Below the pieces are notes generated by a model. It was not told the DNA's origin. It saw only the letters and a program-made list of their open reading frames with translations, and did not search any database. Made by a program: the position numbers and the translations under genes. Shown in pieces: positions 8,701-16,825 of a stretch of 35,455 bases of DNA (its first letter is position 1; each line of letters starts with the position of its first letter). The DNA is taken from assembly GCA_964616645.1 (NCBI GenBank), contig CAZTUM010000003.1:1-35455 (forward strand), read 5' to 3'. This stretch comes from an uncultured Muribaculaceae bacterium. Its GTDB lineage: Bacteria; Bacillota_I; Bacilli_A; RF39; UBA660.

Positions 8701-9330
8701 TTATAATTTTCTGTATAATCCAATGGCTTTTCCTAATACAGTAACATTATTTAAAATAATAGGTAGCATAAAATCGTTTTCAGGTTGTAATCTAAAGTAG
8801 CCATTTTCTTTATAAAAAGTCTTTAATGTAACTTCATTATCATCAGTCATAGCTACAATCTTATCTCCATTTTTAGCAGTATTACATCTTTCTACAATAA
8901 CAATATCTCCATCAAATATTCCAGCATTAATCATACTTTCTCCACTAACTTTCAAAGTAAAAACTTCTTTTTTAGATGGTATTAAATATGCAGGTAATTG
9001 AAAATATTCATTAGGTGTTTCTATTGCTTCAATAGGAGACCCCGCGGTGACTTTACCAAGAAGAGGAACAGAAACAACTTCATCACTTTTATCTAAATAT
9101 TCATTATCTACTAGAATTTCAATAGCTCTATTTTTTGTATTTTCTTTTTTTATATAACCTTTATCTTCAAGATTATTTAAATGAACATATACTGTTGCAG
9201 GAGATTTAAGTCCAATACTAGCTCCGATTTCTCTGATAGAAGGAGGGTATTTGTGTATTGCAACAAATTCTTTAATAAAATTTAAAATTTCTTCTTGTTT
9301 GTTTGTTAAATTATCTTTTTTGTTTTTCAT
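8701..9330 (-). CDS. lexA: LexA repressor
   Basis: Start moved to the internal ATG at 9330, which has RBS AGAGGTGA; the longer track ORF runs into the promoter. Winged-helix N-domain (PPSIREIGASIGLKSPATVYVHL), Ala-Gly cleavage site VTAGSP, Ser nucleophile GESM and Lys in VTLKTF. Confidence 0.92.
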   Translation of the reverse strand: MKNKKDNLTNKQEEILNFIKEFVAIHKYPPSIREIGASIGLKSPATVYVHLNNLEDKGYIKKENTKNRAIEILVDNEYLDKSDEVVSVPLLGKVTAGSPIEAIETPNEYFQLPAYLIPSKKEVFTLKVSGESMINAGIFDGDIVIVERCNTAKNGDKIVAMTDDNEVTLKTFYKENGYFRLQPENDFMLPIILNNVTVLGKAIGLYRKL

Positions 9331-9348
9331 ATTATCACCTCTATTTGA

Positions 9349-9377
9349 AGTATACCATATAATATGTAAAATGTCAA
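9349..9377 (-). promoter_or_regulatory. lexA promoter (TTGACA-17-TATACT on the minus strand)
   Basis: Minus strand reads TTGACA (complement of 9372-9377), a 17-nt spacer, then TATACT (complement of 9349-9354). The -35 overlaps LexA box 1. Confidence 0.6.
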
Positions 9378-9388
9378 ACTTTTGTTCG
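9375..9388. promoter_or_regulatory. LexA operator 1 (Gram-positive Cheo/SOS box)
   Basis: CAAACTTTTGTTCG differs from the consensus CGAAC-N4-GTTCG at one position. Confidence 0.7.
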
Positions 9389-9396
9389 AGAAAATA

Positions 9397-9425
9397 TTGA
9401 CACAAATATTTGTTCGTGTTATTAT
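9397..9425 (+). promoter_or_regulatory. Divergent sigma-A-type promoter (TTGACA-17-TATTAT)
   Basis: TTGACA at 9397-9402, a 17-nt spacer, TATTAT at 9420-9425. It drives the small ORF at 9452 and probably the SDR gene. Confidence 0.6.
9403..9416. promoter_or_regulatory. LexA operator 2 (weaker half-site match) inside the promoter spacer
   Basis: CAAATATTTGTTCG has a perfect GTTCG right arm and a degenerate left arm. It lies between the -35 and -10 of the + strand promoter. Confidence 0.45.
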
Positions 9426-9451
9426 TAAAATACATTGAAGGAGGTATATAT

Positions 9452-9586
9452 ATGAAAAAGAATAAAAATAGTAAAGGAGTTATATTTTTCTACATAATTT
9501 TATTATTATCAACATTTTTTTTATTAAATAATGATGATAAATACAAAGAAAAAGAACAAGAAACTTATTTGGTGTTTCAAAAATAG
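9452..9586 (+). CDS. 44-aa single-pass membrane peptide (not in the ORF track), candidate SOS-induced division inhibitor
   Basis: ATG at 9452 preceded by GAAGGAGG. Translation is MKKNKNSKGVIFFYIILLLSTFFLLNNDDKYKEKEQETYLVFQK, with stop TAG at 9584-9586. It has a basic N-terminus, one TM helix and a charged tail. It is divergent from lexA behind a LexA-boxed promoter. Confidence 0.5.
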   Translation: MKKNKNSKGVIFFYIILLLSTFFLLNNDDKYKEKEQETYLVFQK

Positions 9587-9629
9587 AAATATGTGGTATA
9601 CTATAAATAATAGAAAGAGGATTGATAGT

Positions 9630-10382
9630 ATGAAATGTTTAATAACAGGTGCTTCATCTGGGATAGGAAGAGATATGGCTAATTATATGAAATCTTTAGG
9701 ATATGATTTATTTTTAGTTTCAAAGGATAAGGATAAATTGGATTCTTCATTTAAAGAAGATAATATAACTAAAATACAATTAGATTTATCTAAAGAAGCA
9801 AATTGTTATAAATTATATGAAATGTTAAAAAATGAAAATATTGATATTTTAATAAATAATGCAGGGTTTGGGGATGCAGGGGAATTTATAGAAACAGATA
9901 TAGAAAAAGAATTAAATATGATAGATTTAAATATTAAAGCGTATCATATATTAACTAAATTATTTTTACAAGATTTTGTAAAAAGAGATTATGGTCATAT
10001 ATTAAATGTAGCATCTATAGCGGGATTTATGCCAGGACCTTTCATGGCGACTTATTATGCTACTAAGTCGTATGTTTTAAATTTATCATTAGCAATTAAT
10101 GAGGAATTAAAGCAATCTAAATCTAAAGTTAAAATATCTATATTATGTCCAGGGCCAGTGAAAACTAATTTTAATAAAGTAGCAAATGTAAAATTTAATA
10201 TAGGTCAAATTAGTAGTAAAAAATGTGCAAAATTAGCAATAGAGGGTATGTTTGAAAATAAATTAATAATTATTCCATCGACATCTATGAAAATAAATAG
10301 AGTACTAGTTAAGATACTTCCATTAAATGTAATAACTTACATTAATTCTAAAGTACAAAGAAAAAAGGTATATAAAAAGTAA
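9630..10382 (+). CDS. Short-chain dehydrogenase/reductase (classical SDR)
   Basis: Start set at ATG 9630 (RBS GAAAGAGG). TGASSGIG cofactor motif, NNAG, and the catalytic YxxxK within YYATK. Confidence 0.85.
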   Translation: MKCLITGASSGIGRDMANYMKSLGYDLFLVSKDKDKLDSSFKEDNITKIQLDLSKEANCYKLYEMLKNENIDILINNAGFGDAGEFIETDIEKELNMIDLNIKAYHILTKLFLQDFVKRDYGHILNVASIAGFMPGPFMATYYATKSYVLNLSLAINEELKQSKSKVKISILCPGPVKTNFNKVANVKFNIGQISSKKCAKLAIEGMFENKLIIIPSTSMKINRVLVKILPLNVITYINSKVQRKKVYKK

Positions 10383-10385
10383 GCA

Positions 10386-10417
10386 ATCTAATATATATCA
10401 TTAGATACTTACTTTTT
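10386..10417. terminator. Hairpin between convergent genes
   Basis: ATCTAAT (10386-10392) pairs with ATTAGAT (10400-10406) around a 7-nt loop, followed by ACTTACTTTTT. Confidence 0.4.
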
Positions 10418-10423
10418 ATATAT

Positions 10424-11686
10424 CTATTTAATTTTTCTTGCTTCTAAATAATATCTTTTATCATAGCTATGACCCATAGAGAAAGTTTTTCTAGGTAATG
10501 CACCATCTAAGATAACACTTTTGAATAAGTCTTCTTTTTTCATAGGAGGTAGTAGAATACCTAAATTATTATCATTGTTTGCTAATTGTCTTACAACGTC
10601 ATCTCCATGAATATAATCAATTCTTCCATTAAATTTATCTAAATATTCATCAATAAATATTTGAATAGAACCTACAGCTAAATTTGATTTAGGATTTTCT
10701 ATATAAATAGTTTTATTATACTTCTTACTTACAAATTCCATTTTTTGACCATTACCATCATAGTTAATATTATAATATTTATTTAATTCATCAATAAAAT
10801 TATCAACATCTATATCAAATAATACTCTATGAATAGGTTCAAATTCTAAAGCTTCACTATGAAGATTAACTACTTCTACTAAAGCATATCTTGCTTTATC
10901 TAGGATATTTTTATCTATCTTTTCTTGTTTTAATTTTTCATAACATGCTTTCGCAGTTGCTAAAGAGTGATTTCCATCTCCTACTGCAAATAATAATACT
11001 CCTTTATCCGTAACATTATATTTTTTATTAAAGTTATCAATATTGGCTAAGTTATCTAATTTATTCATAATATCATTAATGATACTTTCATTTAATTTAT
11101 AACCTTTAATATGCCCTCCGTTTTGCATAAGTGGGCAGTCATATACTATATCATTATCACTAACAACTTTATCTAAATTATCAATAATATTCTTATTTTC
11201 ATCATCAATTAATAACATAACATGAGGCAATTCTATTAAAGCATTATCTCTTACTTTCATTCTAGGGGGAATCCTAGAAGTAACGGTTTTTTCAGTAGCT
11301 CTAATCATTGTAGTAGAACCAATATTATAATCATAATCTTCTAAATCAATCATTCCAATAATACCTTTTCTACATTTACCATCTAAAGTTGTTCTTTCAA
11401 TATATAAAAGACTATTTTCTAATGTAGTAAAAACATCATCATTAAGATAATCCATCATTGTAGAGTTAATTAAATTAATTCTCTTATCAACATCTTCACT
11501 TTCTAAATATACTTCAGGTAATATAAGTTTTAAAGTAGATTTATCACTACCTACAAATCTTTCTACATTTTTCCAATAATTAGGTTCAGATGTATATTGG
11601 TCACATGCAACAACACACCATTTTTCCATATCAATATTTTTTGGTATTAAAATATCTGCTCTTTTAAATGTTTTCATAACACTCAT
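10424..11686 (-). CDS. DUF1015-family protein
   Basis: 420 aa. The N-terminal ADILIPKNIDMEKWCVVACDQYTSEP...LILPEVYLE and the later GDGNHSLATAK block resemble Firmicutes DUF1015 proteins as I recall them. Not verified by search. Confidence 0.55.
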   Translation of the reverse strand: MSVMKTFKRADILIPKNIDMEKWCVVACDQYTSEPNYWKNVERFVGSDKSTLKLILPEVYLESEDVDKRINLINSTMMDYLNDDVFTTLENSLLYIERTTLDGKCRKGIIGMIDLEDYDYNIGSTTMIRATEKTVTSRIPPRMKVRDNALIELPHVMLLIDDENKNIIDNLDKVVSDNDIVYDCPLMQNGGHIKGYKLNESIINDIMNKLDNLANIDNFNKKYNVTDKGVLLFAVGDGNHSLATAKACYEKLKQEKIDKNILDKARYALVEVVNLHSEALEFEPIHRVLFDIDVDNFIDELNKYYNINYDGNGQKMEFVSKKYNKTIYIENPKSNLAVGSIQIFIDEYLDKFNGRIDYIHGDDVVRQLANNDNNLGILLPPMKKEDLFKSVILDGALPRKTFSMGHSYDKRYYLEARKIK

Positions 11687-11779
11687 CCTTTCACTTTAAT
11701 TATTTTAACACTAATAGAAATATTTGCAATATTATTTAATAAAAAAATAAAAAAAGTATAAAACATATTCTATAATTAA

Positions 11780-11808
11780 TTGACATATATGAAAATTATA
11801 AGTATAAT
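11780..11808 (+). promoter_or_regulatory. Perfect consensus sigma-A promoter (TTGACA-17-TATAAT)
   Basis: TTGACA at 11780-11785, a 17-nt spacer, TATAAT at 11803-11808, 27 nt upstream of the ATG of the 1017-aa gene. Confidence 0.7.
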
Positions 11809-11835
11809 TAAATTATTAAGTATAGGAGCGATATT

Positions 11836-14800
11836 ATGAAAAATATAAAAATGAAAACTTGGTCTTTGATATTTAGTATTGTTACCGCGGGGATTTTAAT
11901 TTTATCAGGTACATATGCTTTATTTAAATGGACTTCTAGTGGAACAAATGTAGCAATTGATGCTCATTTAGGAGTAGTATATGAAAGAGAACATGAGACT
12001 TTAACTGGGACGTTAAATCCTACTAATAGTAAGGAAGGTGGACTAAGTACTAATATTACATTATGGACTACAACAAAGAAAACAAAAGTATATGGAACGT
12101 TATTCTTTTCTGTTAAAAGTATACCATCACCATTGAATACTAATAGTATGTTAAAATGGGAATTATGGAATGATAATACTAAAATTAGTAGTGGAGATTT
12201 TAATGGCTATGGAGAGGGGGATATAGTAGAACTTTTTAAAGATATAGAATTATCTAATGAAGAAGATATATTTACATTATATGTATGGTTAGATGATGAT
12301 TGTATAACTACAACAGATATAAAAGGTACTTCGATTGAGATAGATGTAGGAGCTTCAGCGGCACAAATACCAACTAGTGAAAGTTCAATTACTGTTGTAA
12401 ATAATTCACCTTCTCAAACTAATTGGGTAAAAAATTATACTTTATTATTAACCGCGACATCAACAGAATACAATATAACTGGATATGCAGTAACAACTTC
12501 TTCAGATACTCCATCAGCATATACGCAAATATCTAATGCAGGATTAACTTATAATTTGTCACATACAGTAGATGCAAATGGTAACTATTTTGTATGGTTT
12601 AGAAATCAAAATAATAAAATAGCTTATGAGGTTGTAGAAGTAAATAAAGTAGATAATATTAAACCTGTATTAAATAGAAATGGGGATTCTTCTGTTGATA
12701 TTGCTAATTCTAATGCTACGATTGTAATACCACTTAAAATAGTTGATACTCAAAGTGGTATTAATATAGATACATTTACTGATGATGATTTAATATTTAA
12801 AGTTGGAACTACTACTATAAGTCCAACTAAAAGTATTACTTATCAAAGTGTGAGTGATGGAGAATATTCATATTTATTAACTTTAAGTAATGTTACTGGG
12901 AATGGTAAATTAAATATAGAAGCTCCTTCTGGAGTAATAAGTGATACTGTAGGTAATACTAATATTTTAACTACAATTGACCCATTTATTGACATAGATA
13001 ATACTCCTCCAGTAGTCTCTTCTATAGAAGCTTCACAATATTCATCTACAATATCTATAAAAGCAACAGCTACAGATAGTTACGGAGTAGTAGATACTTA
13101 TTGGTATAGTATAGATGGGGAAAATTATTATAGTTCAAATAATTCTAATTATACATTTAATAATGTATCTAATGGTAGTTATACTGCTTATGTATATGTA
13201 AAAGATAAAGCGGGTAATACTTCAAATATAAAAGAACAAAGTGTAGTATTTGATAATGTACCACCTACATTAACATCTTTAAAAGTAACAACTTCTTCTG
13301 GTACATATGCATATGGTAGCGTAATTAATATAAGTGCAATATATAGTGAAAATGTTTTTGCAAGTGATGGAAAGGCAATAAATGCAAGTACTGCTCCAAC
13401 ATTATCATTAAAATTTGGAAATGGAACTTCAAAAAATGCTACATTTGTAAGTGTAAGTGATAATACTATAAATTATAAAGTAGTAGTAGATATTATAGAT
13501 TTAGGTGCTTTAACATTATCATCATATCAAGGTATAGTCTATGATCAAGCTTTAAATAGTTTAAATGTTACAGCAACAGAGTTAGGTGGTAATGCAGTTT
13601 CTGCATCTACAAAAGCAAAAATAGGTACAAATTACTATACAACATTAGCATCCGCGATCGCGGTATCAAGTACAACTAAAAGTATTACTATGGTAAATGA
13701 TACAACAGAGTGTGTAACAATACCAAGTACAAATAATATAACGTTAGATTTATATGGTAAGGTAATAACTTGTGATACATCAAATACATCTGCAATAACT
13801 AATAATGGAATACTTAAAGTAGTATCTAGTCAAACAAATGGTGAAATAAATAGTACATATTATGCAATAAATAATCTAGGTAGTTTAATTCTTACAAGTG
13901 GTAAAATTCAATCTACAAATAATGTTGCAGTATATAATAATTCAACAAAAACTCAAGCTAATGGAGTATCATTATATGTAGATGGTGCTACAGTAATTTC
14001 AACTTCTAATAGTGGAATAAATAACGTAACAACAGGTATAGTTACTGTTGCATCAGGAACCGTAAAAGGGGCATTAGGTGGTATATATAATACAACTACT
14101 GGTACTATAAATATTGGTTTATCTACAGATACACTAAGTACTACTAATCCAGCTGTTTATAATACTACTACATCATCATATGGTGTATATATGAATTCAT
14201 CTGGTACATTAAATTTATATAATGGGGCCATATATACTGCAAATACTAGTGTAGGAACAGCATACTTTAAAAATACATCTACTGTAACTGCAAGAAGTGG
14301 TTATCATATTACAACTGCTACAGATACATTAGGAGGAGTAACTTATAAAAAATCATATTTGGTAAGTGGAACAACTCAAATTCAATATAGAAAAGGTACA
14401 AGATACTGTGAATCATATACATGTTCTGGTACAAAGCAATCTTCAGAAACATCATCTTGTGTATATTCTTCTCCAGGAAGTGGTTGGACAAAACAAAGTG
14501 GAAGTTGTGCTTCTAAAACAGTTATATCAGGGACTTGTCAATGTGCAGGGGGGTCTGTAGCTAAGACAGATTGTGAAAAAGCGGGATTTAAAAGTGATAC
14601 CGATTGCTTTATTTGGTGTACAGGAGAAATGGGAGGTTCAACAGGTGAAGGTTGTACATCAACTAAATCTTATGCATATTACTATACTAAAACAATAACT
14701 GAATCTTATGAAAATACTGGTCAATCTAGTTGTAATTCAAGTGAAACTGCTACTTGTGAATCATATGATGTAGATTATGGTTCTTGGGGTACAACAGATT

Positions 14801-14889
14801 ATAGTAGTTATACATATTGTCAAAAAAGGACTTGTAATTTATCTTCTGAAGGTGTAGTAACAACGTGTGGTTCTGCTGGAAGTTGTTAG
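11836..14889 (+). CDS. Giant secreted/cell-surface protein (signal-anchor, Ig-like modules, beta-helix-like Thr/Asn repeats, Cys-rich tail)
   Basis: 1017 aa with RBS TAGGAGCG. The N-terminal hydrophobic segment ends in SGTYALFKW, which resembles the TasA/camelysin SipW-type signal motif GGGT-x-A-x-F. Modules are delimited by DNIKP, DNTPPVV and DNVPPTL. Aa ~590-830 consist of short repeats rich in T/N/G/S, typical of parallel beta-helix adhesins. The last 160 aa (14407-14886) hold 16 Cys. Confidence 0.8.
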   Translation: MKNIKMKTWSLIFSIVTAGILILSGTYALFKWTSSGTNVAIDAHLGVVYEREHETLTGTLNPTNSKEGGLSTNITLWTTTKKTKVYGTLFFSVKSIPSPLNTNSMLKWELWNDNTKISSGDFNGYGEGDIVELFKDIELSNEEDIFTLYVWLDDDCITTTDIKGTSIEIDVGASAAQIPTSESSITVVNNSPSQTNWVKNYTLLLTATSTEYNITGYAVTTSSDTPSAYTQISNAGLTYNLSHTVDANGNYFVWFRNQNNKIAYEVVEVNKVDNIKPVLNRNGDSSVDIANSNATIVIPLKIVDTQSGINIDTFTDDDLIFKVGTTTISPTKSITYQSVSDGEYSYLLTLSNVTGNGKLNIEAPSGVISDTVGNTNILTTIDPFIDIDNTPPVVSSIEASQYSSTISIKATATDSYGVVDTYWYSIDGENYYSSNNSNYTFNNVSNGSYTAYVYVKDKAGNTSNIKEQSVVFDNVPPTLTSLKVTTSSGTYAYGSVINISAIYSENVFASDGKAINASTAPTLSLKFGNGTSKNATFVSVSDNTINYKVVVDIIDLGALTLSSYQGIVYDQALNSLNVTATELGGNAVSASTKAKIGTNYYTTLASAIAVSSTTKSITMVNDTTECVTIPSTNNITLDLYGKVITCDTSNTSAITNNGILKVVSSQTNGEINSTYYAINNLGSLILTSGKIQSTNNVAVYNNSTKTQANGVSLYVDGATVISTSNSGINNVTTGIVTVASGTVKGALGGIYNTTTGTINIGLSTDTLSTTNPAVYNTTTSSYGVYMNSSGTLNLYNGAIYTANTSVGTAYFKNTSTVTARSGYHITTATDTLGGVTYKKSYLVSGTTQIQYRKGTRYCESYTCSGTKQSSETSSCVYSSPGSGWTKQSGSCASKTVISGTCQCAGGSVAKTDCEKAGFKSDTDCFIWCTGEMGGSTGEGCTSTKSYAYYYTKTITESYENTGQSSCNSSETATCESYDVDYGSWGTTDYSSYTYCQKRTCNLSSEGVVTTCGSAGSC
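13652..13663. repeat. Perfect 12-bp GC palindrome CCGCGATCGCGG inside the giant gene
   Basis: Read directly. It encodes S-A-I-A within LASAIAVSS and is the densest GC patch in the window. Confidence 0.95.
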
Positions 14890-14899
14890 GAGGCGTATT

Positions 14900-15625
14900 A
14901 TGAAAAATATATTTAATAAAGATAATTATAAATTACTTTTAATACTTCTAGTGTTGGTAATTGGGGCGATATTAATTATCGTCCTAATGAATACTGATAA
15001 GGATGATGATGGACCTATAACAGATTATAATGATGAAATTGCTAATGTAATACCATCTGAAGTAGAAAAATTATATAGAATAATTACTAATAATACTTGT
15101 AATGTTAATTATGGTTTTGATTTTACAGATACTAATAGTATTAAAGTAGAAGATATGGATGATGAAATAATTTTAACTATTATATTTAATAATTTAAAGG
15201 AGAATAATATTCTTAATTCTAAATTTAGTAAAGAAGAATATATTACTTATGCTTCTAATATATTAGGTACTAATATAGATATACCTAATGATTTTAGTAA
15301 TTTTAATTATGATGGTAATGTTTATAAAATAGAGAATAATAATATTATAAAAGATACTTCAATATGTCAAAATGAAGTTAATTATAAGAGTGTTTTATAT
15401 AGTTATTCATATAACTCTAATGATTTGAGTGTATATGTAAATTATATTATGATAAAAGATAATATAGCATATAACTTAGATGGTAGTATAATTGGTAATT
15501 ATTCTAAGGAAAAAGAAGAGTCTATTATGAATAGCGCTACTAGTTATGTATATAATTTTAAAAAGAATATTAATGGTTATTATTTAACTGAGGTATCTAA
15601 AGCTCTAGTTGAGATTAATAAATAA
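14900..15625 (+). CDS. Membrane-anchored hypothetical protein (241 aa)
   Basis: Start set at ATG 14900. Its RBS TAGGAGG overlaps the stop of the upstream gene. One N-terminal TM helix (LLLILLVLVIGAILIIVLM) followed by an extracytoplasmic domain with no recognisable family. Confidence 0.6.
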   Translation: MKNIFNKDNYKLLLILLVLVIGAILIIVLMNTDKDDDGPITDYNDEIANVIPSEVEKLYRIITNNTCNVNYGFDFTDTNSIKVEDMDDEIILTIIFNNLKENNILNSKFSKEEYITYASNILGTNIDIPNDFSNFNYDGNVYKIENNNIIKDTSICQNEVNYKSVLYSYSYNSNDLSVYVNYIMIKDNIAYNLDGSIIGNYSKEKEESIMNSATSYVYNFKKNINGYYLTEVSKALVEINK

Positions 15626-15663
15626 ATATTAATAAATAGAAATATAATATTATAGGTGATAAG

Positions 15664-16680
15664 ATGAAAAGAATATCATTTATAGTATTTTTTCTTTTAT
15701 TAATAATTACTATATTATATTATTTTACAAATAATAATAATATTAAGACTAATACAACTAGTAGTGAGAATATAGAAGTATATTATCCTTCTTATAATAT
15801 AACAAAATTAGATAATTATATAGATTCATTTGTAGAAGAGATAATTAAATTACATAAACAAGAATATAATGGTGCTAAATTATATTTAGATTATGATATT
15901 GATGTAGATAATAAAAATATACATACAACTTTTTATACATATATAGAAAATGAAAATATATTAAAAACAAATATTACTAAAATAACTTATAATAAAATAA
16001 ATAAAGAAATAATTAAAGATAACGAAATATTGGTTACAAGTAATAATTATGATTTTATAAATAATAGAATAATAGATAAAGATAAAAAATTAGTTGCGTT
16101 AACTTTTGATGATGGACCTAGTTATAATACTATGAAGATAGTAGATATATTAAAAAAATATAATTCTACTGCAACATTTTTTGTAGTGGGTCAAAAAGTA
16201 GATAAATATAAAAATACTATTAAATATTTGAGTGATAATAATATGGAAATAGCAAATCATACATATACTCATAAATTATTATCAAAATTAGATGAGACAA
16301 GTATTTTAAAAGAAATAAAAGATACTCAAGAAGCAATATATAAAATTACTAATACATATCCTACATTATTTAGACCAAGTTATGGTACAGTATCTTCTAA
16401 GTTAAAGAGGATATCACCTATGCCAATTATAATATGGAATTTAGATACACTGGATTGGAAACATCATAATTCTAAGAAAATAGCAAATAAAATACTATCA
16501 AATGTTAGTGATGGTGATATTATTCTAATGCATGATACATATACTGCGAGTAGAAATGCTGTTGAAATAGTAATACCTAAATTAAAGGAACAAGGATATG
16601 AAATAGTTAGTGTTAGTGAATTATTTTATTATAAAAATGTAGTACCTATTAATGGTAAATATTATGGATATATTAAATAA
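15664..16680 (+). CDS. Polysaccharide/peptidoglycan deacetylase (NodB homology domain) with N-terminal TM anchor and an extra domain
   Basis: NodB motifs LTFDDGP, HTYTH and FRPSYG, plus LMHD near the C-terminus. About 140 aa of unassigned sequence lie between the TM anchor and the catalytic domain. Confidence 0.88.
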   Translation: MKRISFIVFFLLLIITILYYFTNNNNIKTNTTSSENIEVYYPSYNITKLDNYIDSFVEEIIKLHKQEYNGAKLYLDYDIDVDNKNIHTTFYTYIENENILKTNITKITYNKINKEIIKDNEILVTSNNYDFINNRIIDKDKKLVALTFDDGPSYNTMKIVDILKKYNSTATFFVVGQKVDKYKNTIKYLSDNNMEIANHTYTHKLLSKLDETSILKEIKDTQEAIYKITNTYPTLFRPSYGTVSSKLKRISPMPIIIWNLDTLDWKHHNSKKIANKILSNVSDGDIILMHDTYTASRNAVEIVIPKLKEQGYEIVSVSELFYYKNVVPINGKYYGYIK

Positions 16681-16699
16681 TATATCTTGAAAAATATAA
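16666..16699 (+). repeat. 34-bp direct repeat, left copy
   Basis: GGATATATTAAATAATATATCTTGAAAAATATAA. It includes the last four codons and the stop (GYIK*) of the deacetylase gene. It is identical to 19766-19799. Confidence 0.97.
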
Positions 16700-16740
16700 C
16701 TTATAATTAACTAAAAAAGAAGCTTATTAGTTTATTATAA

Positions 16741-16785
16741 AAAAATCTTTTAGTTTAATTTTTAATAAATTAAAAAAAGATTTTT
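16741..16785. terminator. Long AT-rich bidirectional hairpin just inside the left end of the insert
   Basis: AAAAATCTTTT (16741-16751) pairs with AAAAGATTTTT (16775-16785). An inner TTTAATTT/AAATTAAA pairing extends the stem. It lies 3' of the minus-strand gene that ends at 16826. Confidence 0.55.
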
Positions 16786-16825
16786 TAAATTATATTAATA
16801 AATAATAATGTGGAATTTTGATTGT

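Noticed and set aside
9331-9435. 5' extensions of track ORFs: lexA to 9435, SDR from 9531, radC from 26836, rplU from 30424, recD2 from 31442, peptidase to 18960, XRE to 19631, the 252-aa ORF from 14867, plsC from 19836 (GTG), and the leading residues of the DUF362, comEB and spoIVFA-like ORFs.
   Set aside because: In each case an internal ATG has a proper Shine-Dalgarno and matches the conserved family N-terminus. The extensions run through promoters, operators or the upstream gene.
16700-16760. Terminal inverted repeats or a hidden small recombinase ORF at the ends of the 3.1-kb insert.
   Set aside because: The reverse complement of the right inner end (19720-19765) does not match the left inner end. 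The non-coding parts of the insert are too short and too stop-rich to hide a recombinase.
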